Of a stretch of 64,000 nt of DNA, positions 25,659-36,925 are shown one piece after another. Numbering within the stretch: position 1 is the stretch's first letter; every line of letters begins with the position of its first letter. Source of the stretch: Toensbergia leucococca (lineage: Eukaryota). The stretch covers positions 1 to 64,000 of the forward strand of contig JALDZS010000029.1 in NCBI GenBank assembly GCA_022813965.1. Direction: 5' to 3'. The translations under genes were made by a program, and so were the position numbers. The notes under the pieces are model-generated. The model was not told the DNA's origin, searched no databases, and saw only the letters and a list, made by a program, of their open reading frames with translations.

Positions 25659-26915
25659 CTTGCTATAAAAATGTTATCACTCTTATATATTATATCTTTA
25701 AACTAGTTTAACTCAATAATTATTACATTACAGTAAATTTAAAAAAAATTCTCTTAGTTATCTTGCATATAAGAGAGAAGATAAAAGAGCTGTTAAATGT
25801 TAGAAGGTGTTTTATTATTAGTACTCTAATAATATGTTGTATGACAATTTATTTAGTAATTAATTATCTGATGTTTTAGTAAATTCTTATTAACTCTAAG
25901 AATCTCTACTTATAACTACTCACTAATGTGATAATCTTATCTTTGCAGCACACTAACTTAATTAAGAACACTAGTCTTTTTTTTTTCTTTATCTTTTTCT
26001 TTCTCATTAATATCTCATTCACATCATTAAAAATTAGTAATTATAACAGCTTAGCACATTTATATATAACTCTATATGTCTTGATAACACATATTAATCA
26101 CATAGACTCCCTCAACAACTTTTCTATCAATATTTAGCCCTCACATATCAATGATAACATTATCTTCAAACACTAATTAAGCAACACAACTATTATTTCT
26201 TTCACTAACATGATAATAATTATTGATACTATCTTTATTGACTGCGTAAACTGTGAGTTAGAAAAGGATATTCTAAAGCAATGACTTCAAAATAAAAATA
26301 ATAGCGTTATTATTTATAAAATGATCTTTAACAAGAAGAATTTCTATTGAAGTTGATAAGAAGGATACTGTTATTAAGGAGAGGTCTATATCTTATTACA
26401 AGACCTGTATATATAATGATTAGAGTGTATAGAGAATTTTAACAATTTCACATACAATATCATCTACAATTCTCTTATACCTACTCAATCTCATGTTTGA
26501 TTTTATATCACCTAATGTAAACACTCAAGCTAATAACTAAAAGACTTAAAGAAATGTGACAGTTTCACATACAATTTCACATACAATTCTCTCAAGAAAT
26601 TAAGTCATACATCTTAGCAAGTAGTATAACAGAAGTCTTTTCAAATGCTGCAATAGTTCTATGATACTCACTGATAGCAAGATCTAATCATACCTCTTTA
26701 AATATCTCTTTTTCAGCCTTTAAAGGCATGATGAATCAATGATGTTGATGAAAAAGAAGAAAATGAAGGGAAAAAGAAGACTAGTGTTCCTGATCAGGTT
26801 AGCGTGCCGCAAAGGTGAGGTTGCCGCATCGGTGGGTAACCACGAGTATGACTTCTCACGCCTCACTGATTGTTTGGTGAGAAATCGCTAAGCCATCAGC
26901 GATTAATTCTTTGCC

Positions 26916-27132
26916 CGGCCTCAACCGCCCACTAGTGAAGATAAGTTTTTGCTTGGCTGAGCAACGGGGTTGACCGGTATTCTAGAGTTCAAGTGCAAGC
27001 TATGAAACTTATTGGAGAACCCCGCTGAATAGGTACCTGTATCGGACTCGACCGCCTCCGCCTCAAGATGTTCAATTCAGTACAACATTGTCTCTCACCT
27101 TTCTCTTTCCTTGTAGAATAGAACGATATAAA
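26916..27132 (+). promoter_or_regulatory. xanA promoter: three CGG-N6-CCG sites, one HGATAR site and a TATA box
   Basis: CGGCCTCAACCG 26916-26927, AGATAA 26939-26944, CGGGGTTGACCG 26965-26976, CGGACTCGACCG 27043-27054, TATAAA 27127-27132. Confidence 0.65.
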
Positions 27133-27223
27133 GCTGCCTGCCTTCCCTCTCTACACACCAACATACTCACGTCTCCTATTATCGCAGAGTCAACTATCCT
27201 TGCCAACCCGTCAGCTATTTACA

Positions 27224-28492
27224 ATGACTGTGACAAATACTACAATTTTTGTTCGCCCTCTTTCAGTGTCTGCGTTCTCAAATGTCGATTTTGGCTCAGA
27301 AATTTTGAATGTTGACGTTGAAAACCTGAGTGGTAAGTCATGGTAACGTTGAGGACAATGTAGAATGTAAATTCATATTGGAGCACTCCGTGGATCGGTA
27401 ACCTCCTGGTAGGTATTCGAAAATATGGCATATTGAACAGTGACCTGGTGCTGACCAATTTCTGTAGACGACGATTTCTTCTTGATCCAAGACATCCTGT
27501 ATCGGAAGCATGTCGTCGTCCTCAAGAATCAAGCCGGCTTGTCTCCAAAGGCCCAATATGAGCTCACTCAGCGCTTCGATCCGACTGCCCAAGGTTACGG
27601 CCACGGAAAATCGCTCGACGCCAAGCGTAGTATTCTCCACCCGGATCTGAAGACCGTGCCACATCAGCCACAGGTGCAAGTCATCGGCAATGGTTTGATT
27701 TCTTCTTACGAGGGTCTCGAGAACATTAAGCTGGTCCACCCACATCATAAGAAGTTCCACAAGCACCCTATTGCCGAGGTAGACAATATTGACTTCACGC
27801 GCTTCTACCGATGGCATATCGATGCCGCCCTGTATGACCTCAACCCGCCTCGAGTAACATCACTCATGGCCGTGTCTGTGCCGAAAGGCCGCCGCCAGAC
27901 TCTTCGGTACGATGACAATACCGGAGAGGAATTGGATGTCCCTTTGGGTACCACCGCTTTCGTTAGTGGGTACAACATGTATAACATTCTATCAGACATG
28001 GATAAAGAATTTGTGTGCACTAGCACAATTGAATACGCACCGCATCCATATATCTGGATGAGCCCCGCCAAATCGCTCTCTGACGGCCTAGGTCTCTATT
28101 CTGACGGCGTCGAGCTTCCTCAGTCGGAACTCCCTCCAATCGACACATCGAAGATCCAAATCCTACCCATGACTTGGAAAAATCCCGTCACAGGCGAGCT
28201 GGCGCTGCAGATGCACCCTTCTGCCGTTCGGAAGATTCATCTTCAGGACGGTACTATTATCGATGATTTACAAGAGGTGCGACGCATCGTCCACAGATTG
28301 CAAAGGCCGGGCATCAGCCCAAGATTCGTCTACCCGCATGACTGGGAGGAGGGTGATCTTGTTCTTTTCAACAATCATGGCGTTTTGCATTCAGTTGTTG
28401 GCGCGTTCACGGAACGGGAGGTGCGCTTATTCAGACAGTGCAATATTGCTGCGAGCGAGCCACCGTTGGGGCCAGATGCTGTTGTCGTTTGA
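27224..28492 (+). CDS. xanA: Alpha-ketoglutarate-dependent xanthine dioxygenase (TauD/TfdA family); one intron at 27333-27467
   Basis: TRFYRWHIDAALY (HxD motif), HDWEEGDLVLFNNHGVLHSVVG; removing the GTAAGT...CTGAC...TAG intron restores the frame. Confidence 0.88.
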
Positions 28493-29163
28493 GTTGTTTT
28501 CGTGGTTCTACTGTTTCCGAATTTAAAGACTCGCTACCGATGTTTTCTAAAAGCAATCGCTCAACGTACATCCCATTTGTGCCACCTAACTTGTCCTGTC
28601 GATCATATCATTACATTCGTCTACTTCGCATCCACCGACGAAAAAAAGACTTGATGAGGATGATTGGATCTGGAGCATTGCTTGCCCAAGGAATCCCATG
28701 CACAATTGAACATAAGCACCAGCGTGGTCCAGGTCTGCTCTGTCGTAGTCTGTATAAAAAAGCTTGAACATGGAGAACATATTTGCAATTTGGGAAATGA
28801 TAGACAATACTTTTATTATTAGTATAAATTGGCCGAGGTGGACTCACAGTAGACGCTTACTATGGTACAACTGCACAGAGTGTGTCAACGCTCCATGGAC
28901 ATTGAGTCAAACGATAGTATTAGGCCGGGTCTTTAATTGCTCGTACTCATACTCGTCTTGTACTCGTATTTGTGATACTTTTTGAGATCCTGGTCAAAGT
29001 ACAAAAGATCTGTTGCAAAGAGAATCCTCGTGCCATCAAAGCGAGAACGCAATGGAAATATTTATTTCAACGGCTAGCGATGCGCTTTCGACGATCATGA
29101 AATAGAGGGTATTCATCGCTGGGTTTCCTTCGAAAATTGTTTCGGAAACATCGTCTAAGTTTT

Positions 29164-32100
29164 TTACGAAACATGTTCTATCTGATCATTGTCTAGCTCG
29201 TGGCTGGCAGCGCTCCTTCCCTGAGCTATGAGTAGTGCCTTGTGCTGCTCTTCTGCTAAACTTTGCTTCTTCACATACTGAAGAACTATCTCCTCCTCGG
29301 TTCTTGCTTGCAATTCCTCCTGTTGAGACCTCTCATGAGCCTGTCTTGACTGCTCGAGAGCTCTCTGAAAATCACCATCATCAGCGAGGGACGCTTCTGT
29401 AATAGCAACGTGCTTCGAGTTTTTAAGGGCCAGTTTCATGTTCTCATCGTCATCAGTGTCAATGCCTGAATCATCCCACTCAACATCGTCATGATGGACC
29501 TGCTTCTCGTCATGATAGGCGTGTTCCTGCAAGCTTCTATGGAGAGCTGCCGCAAGTTGCCCGCTACCGTTCCCATCAGTTTGCGGGTCATTCGAGGTAC
29601 CACCTCCGGCTCCCTCCGTCCGCACTTTGATAGCCTCGGCAACACTGGCGCCGATCGCTCTCTGAATAGCATCTTCATCAGAACCTTCTCTAGAAGCAAG
29701 CCGAAGCTCTCTGACGCTTGCCCTAATAGCCCTTTCAATTAGCCTATCTTCGTCCTCGTTACCTCGTGAGGTAGCTGCGACTGAAGTTTGAATGGCTTCT
29801 TCAAATGCTGCGCTCTCAGGATCTGTACCCGATCTCACAGGTGTCCGAGTTTGCCGGAGCGCAGTCTCGGAAATCCCGCTGTCTCGATTGACTTGTGGAG
29901 TCGCCCCTAACCGTTGAGCCTTCTCTTGCTTCTTCAAATCCTTGGCATGCTTTTTTCTCTCGTCCACGTTTAGTGACCTAGAAGTTGTGAAGCTGTGATT
30001 GGAGATAGTGTACTGGTGAGATTGTCGCTTTGCATTGCTCAGCTCGACTTGAGTCGTTGTCCATCGACTAACAACGTCGACACGTTCCTCTCGAGTAGAA
30101 TTTTTCCAGTCTTCGAAGCCTTGCGCCGTCCGAGCTGCAATGATATAGTTCTGTACGCTCGACCCTAGATGTTTTTGAAGCTCCTTGTATATTCCTTTAA
30201 AAGTATAGCCTGGTATCCCGAAAATTGCTGATCTGTTAGTCGGAAAGTCTCAATGACATTACATGAACATACCTGCACCTGGCTTTAAGACGACACCACC
30301 AATGCCCTTGCCAAATCCTTTGAATAGTCCGGCCACACCTTCTCTTTTTGCGCCTTCCAAAGGCTGCGTGACAAGACCAGATATACCATCATAAAACCCG
30401 AAGCCGAATTCCTGGGTTGGATCAGTATGGATCCAATCATTAATTCAAATAATTACCGTACCTTGCCAGCAGCTTTGAGGCCGCTTTGGAGGCCCGTGAT
30501 TTTCTCCGGCTGGCGGACAGTTGCGTCGCCGTACAATTTTGGCGCGTTGTGAAAACCCCTGGCTAAGCTAAGCGTGAAATCCATTGGTGATTTGACGCCT
30601 GCGCTGACGATGCGTCCGACACCCTTTCCAGCTTCCACTGCAGCCTCTAGAGAGATTTGACCTGCTTCACAATCCGAGAAATGATGGCCAGAGCGTCCCT
30701 GAGACGGAGATCTTGTCCGTATTTTCCCCAAGGCTTGTGCTAATGAGGTTCCACGGGACCCTGATGTTCTAGTTTTAGAAATATTTGCATTGTCACTACC
30801 GGATGTTGAACGTCGAAGCGGACTCTGAGGGTCATCAGTGGCTTTGGAGTCAACTGTGTCCGATTGAGATATTGCTGAGGATGTGTTTGGCGAGTTTGTC
30901 GAGCGAGCGTTCCGCTCGTAGCTGGAGGGTACAGTGGCGCTCGAAATTGAAGAGCTGCTGTTGTCGTCCGTCGTGTTAGATATGTTTGTCGTTGTTGACG
31001 TACTACCCTCTCTTGAATCAACATTTGCTGGTGACTTGATTCTCAGTGTTTTTACTAAAACCTCCACGGGGAAATCCGCAAATCCCATCATAAGACTGCC
31101 GATTGTTCCAAGAAGTGCGGAGGCTCCTCCAGAAATTGGGTCCCAAGGACCATCTTCGGAATCATATTCTCTGGGGCGATAGCTTGTGATAATGAGCCTC
31201 ATGCAACACATTAGACGAAGAACTTACAGTTTAAGATCACTGAAGTCTAGAAGGCCCTCATTTCCTAATGTTGCCGCAGCGAATGCACTGAGTCTTATGT
31301 TCGTTCGCTTCACACGCCAGACTGCTGCTCGGCTTGGCGCTAAGGTACATCGTAAGGAGTCCACATTTAATTTTCCATGAAAACTTTGCGCTCCGATCTC
31401 TGTCCCCTTTTCGGAAGCTATCTTAGCACCTAATTCGCGAGCTCTCTGCAATGCGGTCGGCTTTAGAGCCTCGTTGATAGCTGCAGCAAGGTTGTCCGAA
31501 GTCAGCTGTTTATTCGGTATTGGCAGAGGTCCAGCTCCAGCCTTCGCCACCATCGCACCCCAGAACGGCTGATCGCCAAAAAATGGGACGATAACTGTTG
31601 GCTTGCCCAAAGCAATACCGGCTGCAGTTGTACCAGCGCCACCGTGATGTACAACACATGATACATGCTTAAAAAGCCAGTCGTGAGGAACGTTTCCCAA
31701 CATAAAAATGTTATCGGGTATGCCGAGTGTGTCGGCACCAAAACCACCCCAGCCTTTTGACACCAAAGCTCGCTGGCCGGACTTTTCCACAGCTTCGAAT
31801 ATGAGCCTTGTCATGGCATTGGGATCATTCACTACGATAGAACCAAATCCAATGTAAACAGGTGGTGGTCCAGCATTGAGGAACGCCATTAATTCCGGCG
31901 CAGGCGTAAAATTGTGTGACAGTGACAAAAAATAGAAACCTGATATCGAAATATGAGGACCCCAATCTTTGGGTTTTGGTATCAAGGCTGGTGACCTTCA
32001 TATGAGAACGCAAGTGATATTAGTATGAATCAAAGTGCAAGTTGCAATCGGCCTTGAATGCTTACCAGCAATAAGTGTACGGGATGCGCAACCGACTTGC

Positions 32101-33498
32101 CATGCCTGGGGCCCACATAAGGCTCACCGGCTCTAGAGATAAGCTCTTCTCTCGAAACCTGTTTATCATGTCCCCGAGTCCTTGCCATGTCAACATTTCG
32201 ACTAAAGCATAGCTGACAAAATTTGAGATGTTTGCATCCGCATTGGATGACTGAATATTAGCTAGGGGATGAGGGAACGCTTGTGTTGGCGAATAGGGCA
32301 TGCTGCTCATGAGATGCCGTCAGACTTTTATTGCCCAGAGTAGATGAGGTAAAGAACTTACGTAAACATCAAATGCAACGGTATTCCAAGTTTCTCGGCG
32401 CAATGAATATGAGCAAAGCTAGGTGGATTCGCAATTATTGCATCAGCTACAAATGGCCTAAGCGATAGGTCGTTGCTTAGAGATATCCCACTATCAAAGC
32501 TTGAGCGGCCTTCCAAGTGATCATCAGAGGCTTCGATGCCGGTTCCATCACCCGCCTCGAAGCAAGATCTCCAGCAGCCCTTGAAGATTTCGTACATACC
32601 CTTGCGGCGCTTCCCAACGTCTCCACTACGGAGCGTGTCTATCCCGGGCATAAGCCCCGGATTTTTAACCATGAAAGCCATGAGCTCTGCGGGATCGCCT
32701 CCAATACTGAAGAACTCTAGGCCATTTTCCTCTACAAATTCTCGGAAGGTGGGATGAGTAGCTAGCCGTACCCGATGGCCATAAACATTTTTCAGAACTT
32801 GGCCAAGGGCAACAAAAGGTTGGACGTCGCCCCGCGAGCCGACCACATGAATGACGACATTTAGAGGAGGAGGAGGAGGCTGACCAGGAAGGCCGCTTAG
32901 AGAAGGCGGTATATAGCCTGGTGGATGGGGTGACGGCTCATCCACTTGATCGAGATTGAGCTGGCTCCGCAAGGCCGGGACCAACAAATTCGATAATCGC
33001 CGGGAAGTCTGATTGATGTTGATGTTGACACGTCCATCATCTAGACGTGGTCAACTCTTTCCTTTTTGTGTGCTGTACTGCAGACTCACTTGCAACCCGT
33101 GCCCTAGTGTCGAATCCATCTTGATCACAATCGAATTCGCCATATGTGCCGCTGTATGCAGGAGGCGAGTCCTTTTCAGCTGGAACCTCGAGCCCGGGAT
33201 TTCTGGCTTGGGTGGCACTCGGTCCATGAGTTTGTGCACTCCTGAGGTAAGAATTTTAGCTGATGATCTTGAATGCCTGGCGGCCTTTAGAAGCATGTCT
33301 AGTGTTCGTCGGGTAGACAACGTACGAGTCAAGTTGATTGGACGAAGTATGGCCTTCTTGCTTTGCTGAGCCATCTGAGCTTGATTCAGGAGGGGCTTGA
33401 TTCGGGGAAGTTGTTGATTGGGCAAGATAATCGATTTCTGTGCTGTTACTTATTGCAGCGGCCTCTGCTTGAGCAATAATAGCCGGCGGAAGCTCCAT
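29164..33498 (-). CDS. Family 1 glycosyltransferase (sterol 3-beta-glucosyltransferase-like) with C-terminal UIM-like repeats; 7 introns
   Basis: VVGSRGDVQPFVALG, VRLATHP, IIANPPSFAHIHCAEKLGIP, VVHHGGAGTTAAG, VPFFGDQPFWG; exons join through GT-AG introns. Start codon inferred. Confidence 0.88.
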
Positions 33499-34595
33499 CG
33501 TAGCTACTCCAGGTTTTCTTGGCTAACGAGGGAAGGTCGAGATACTTGGTTGTAAGTGAATTGGGACATTGATCTTGAGGATTTCCCGTATCCTGCCGCA
33601 AGTGCAAACGGCAACCCAGTAGATGGCAAGCTTGGGTCATTGATTAGTATTTCACCTAGTCGGTTGCCACGCATGTGCCAACTTCCAAGCTCGACTGAGG
33701 AGCTTACTCACCCGGCTACGCACGGCTTTCTAGTATGGGTTCATCAGGAGACTAGGAAATAAGATGAGCTTTGAATGCTTTTTGAATTTCCGACGCTATT
33801 TGCACATCACTTCAACAATACGAAGCATATATTAAAATAAGTGTTCAAGACCACTAAGGTATCGTGACAAATGCGGATTAACGATTGGATTTTCCAGATC
33901 ACCTGGTGACCTGATGAGCACACTTCATTGCCTCGAAAACGTCATAAACCCTCGATCTTTGATCTGCTCAACTCAGCTGTCATTATGCGACGTCAACTAG
34001 AACGGAATCGAGGTAGTCTCTTTTGACAGTGGAAGTATATGTCTAGGCGAGGTCAATAATGAAGGTACCTTCGTCCACGGAAAGATGACATGGAATTGAC
34101 CAAATTAAATCTACGTTGATTCACTTCATATTCGCGAACCACACTGTAAACAAGAGATTGTCCAACACATAGCCAACCTTGATATCTGGGAGCAAAAGAT
34201 AATGGGGGCTGAGCCGTCGGAGCTTCGTCCTGATATGTGACGAGTCCGGTCCGTTGATAATGTGGTGAGTGCATTATTATTGTCTAAGATAGAGTAAGAG
34301 ACCTTGTAGTAAATATTTTTTCGATCGTACTATGCAATACCACATGGAGGAAGTAGCTTTGCTGGCGGCGATTATAATCCTTTTCGTAGCAAATACTTGG
34401 AGATTAAGATCTCGTAGTGGAGGACCATGGTTGCAAGCGGACTACCTCAGCATACTCTCGAGGCCGAGCCTTGAGTCTGCTGGGACAAGATCATGGCACT
34501 TAGCCTGATGAGTAAGGAGCGTAGTAGCCTCGGGTCATACCTCAGATCTCAGTGAATCGAAAGGTCTAAGTTCAAGACTTGAGCACTTAGCTGGT

Positions 34596-36290
34596 TCACC
34601 GTCGTCGCGGCTTATTCTGAGCTTTGGTGGTTACGTTTGTATTTGGCCGCTTCGCAGCACCCCGTTCATCGCCACTGTCTCCACTGGTCGCCCCATTCAT
34701 CCATTCTCTGCCCTCGCCAGGGCTCTTCCGCCTCATCGTACCCGGGCCTACAGCAACAATTTCTTCTTCGCTCTCGCTATCGTCTAAATCTAATAGAACC
34801 GGCATGCGAAAGGCCTCTTCTTCGAATTCTCCTTTCACAGGCTCAACGGTTAGTACATCGACTGCTTCGTCCTCTAGATCTAGTCGCCGCTTATGGATTT
34901 CTTCGATTGGGTGGATATCGAATTCGTCTTCGCGCTCAATGTACTCCACATTTTCCTCGACCTCAGCAAAGTCCGGAGCCAGAGCCGACCAGCGTTGTGG
35001 TGTGATGATTGACCATAGATAAATTCGTCCTGTCTCGAGACCACAGGCAGCAATTAAAGGTCGATGGGGATGCCACTATCAAAATAAGCTGGGAGCTTTG
35101 CTTGGCTCAAATTAGGTGATACCGACTTCGACAACACCGAGCTCCTCTTTGGGCCCCTCCAAAATTTTGACCAAGCTTCCGTGGTTCCTTTCCCATACAT
35201 AGATGTCGTGATTCATGTACGTAGTTGCTGTAACGTATTCTCCAGTAGAGCTAAACGCCACGTCATTCCAGGAGAGCTTGTTGACTACGTCCTGAAACTT
35301 ATGCTCGACTTCAATTTTGATGTTGTCAATGTCTTGGTCAACTTGCGAAAGATTAGGCATGGGAATGGTGCGAATGACTCGATCGCTCGAATTACAGACC
35401 ATGTCTCGTCCAGATGCCGTGAGGCGGAGAAATATGACCACTCCATTGCACAAGCGTGTCGAATGTATAGTCTGGCAAGACTCAGTCTCAATGATGTTCA
35501 ACCAACCCTTGCTCGTGCCGGCAACAATATGGTTTCCGAGGGAGCTAAAGATCGTAACACATGTTGTTTGTTTGGCATCCTGTGCCGCTTGTTTTGCGCT
35601 GATATCCTCTCCGTCGATGTGAAGTCTCCTCGGTGCCGAAGGCAATTGACGTTTAATAGGTATCTCCGTTGAGATATCTACCAGCATCGGCTGATCTTCG
35701 AACAGAGACGCTACAAACAATAGACTAGAATAGTTGTCAGCACGCAACATGCAGCCTGATTGGTATGCATACTGGTTATAAGGGTGCAGTTCTGCTATAT
35801 AGACTGGAGCCTCGAATCGAGCGGTCCGCATCCTTGAACCGTCACTGAGATCCCAGAGAACACACTTCCAGTCCTGAGAGGAGCTGAGCAGGTATCTTCC
35901 ATTACGAGACCAGCTTAAGACTCTCAGCTGAAGTGATGCGATTAGCCATAAGATTATCCGCACCTGAGTGATTGTATTTGGCGTGTGTGACCACGGAGTT
36001 TTCGAGCAACTCCACTGGTCTCAACGTCGAAAATGACAATGTTGCCATCGACCTTTACTCCATTAATTTATATTCCAAGAACATCGGTGAGCTGCAAATG
36101 TACCCGGCCCGAAGCAAGAAAGTCGCCTTTGCGATTGAATCGTATGCAAGTAGCATGTCCAGATCCTTAGCTTCGTAGTCAGATGACTGCTGCGAGACTT
36201 TGCCTTTGCTTGTTACTCACTGAGCTTGTCGGTGTAGGAGTCTGGATAATCCTGGGCGAGTACAAAAGGGTCAATTAAAGAAAGGTTCAT
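34596..36290 (-). CDS. SWD1: COMPASS/Set1C WD40 subunit Swd1 (RbBP5); 5 introns
   Basis: MNLSLIDPFVLAQDYP, LRGHTRQIQSLSWSRNGRYLLSSSQDW, KFQDVVNKLSW, GSLVKILEGPKEE, WSALAPDFAEVEENVEYIEREDEFD. Confidence 0.95.
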
Positions 36291-36925
36291 AATCTCAGGG
36301 ATTTGCTACCCAGGCATCTCAGGTTCCTAGGAGGTTCTTGTGAGATGTCTGTTGGTACATTGGTTTCACCGAAAGGAATATCTTTACGTTTCTTGCGTGT
36401 CAGGATGGATGTTGGAGCTCTTAATAACGTTCGAAAGTCCGGCTTTGAGCAGTATCTGATTACATAATGAGGTTGCGGCTCCGCAAATGACCCGCGCTAA
36501 TTGGAAGGCGCACTTCCATTCCATGACTCCTTTGTCAACTCGCCTTCACACCACCCTCATTCTCTACCCAGTCCGTCAACGTCAGATATCGCTATTGCAT
36601 TCGCGATAAATCTTCAAAGCGCTATGTTCATCAACTGAAACTGAATACGCGCATCTCGACATCGCAACGGTTCCGCGAAGGATTGCACGCACATAGGAGG
36701 AGCCCTCGCGGCAGGGCCGTTTTGAGGCCAAGTGGTGTCGTGACATTTCTGTTCCCTCAAATTCGTGCGGTTTCAGGCTGGACTGAGAAGTCGAGAAAAA
36801 ACTTGGACGGATAAGTGAAGAGCTCCTGCGTGCCTCGAGGTGCCAGCGATCGACGACGGTTTGGGTGATAGAGTCTGCAAGAAATCTTTTCCGCCACCTG
36901 CGCTTTCACTCTCAGGACAACAAAG

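Noticed and set aside
33500..34590. tRNA, snoRNA or small gene in the spacer between the GT1 gene and SWD1
   Set aside because: No cloverleaf, box motif pair or convincing ORF was seen.
35914..35963. Regulated alternative CAG acceptor (35928-35930) creating a stop in SWD1
   Set aside because: It would leave a 36-nt intron, probably too short to splice; no evidence of use.
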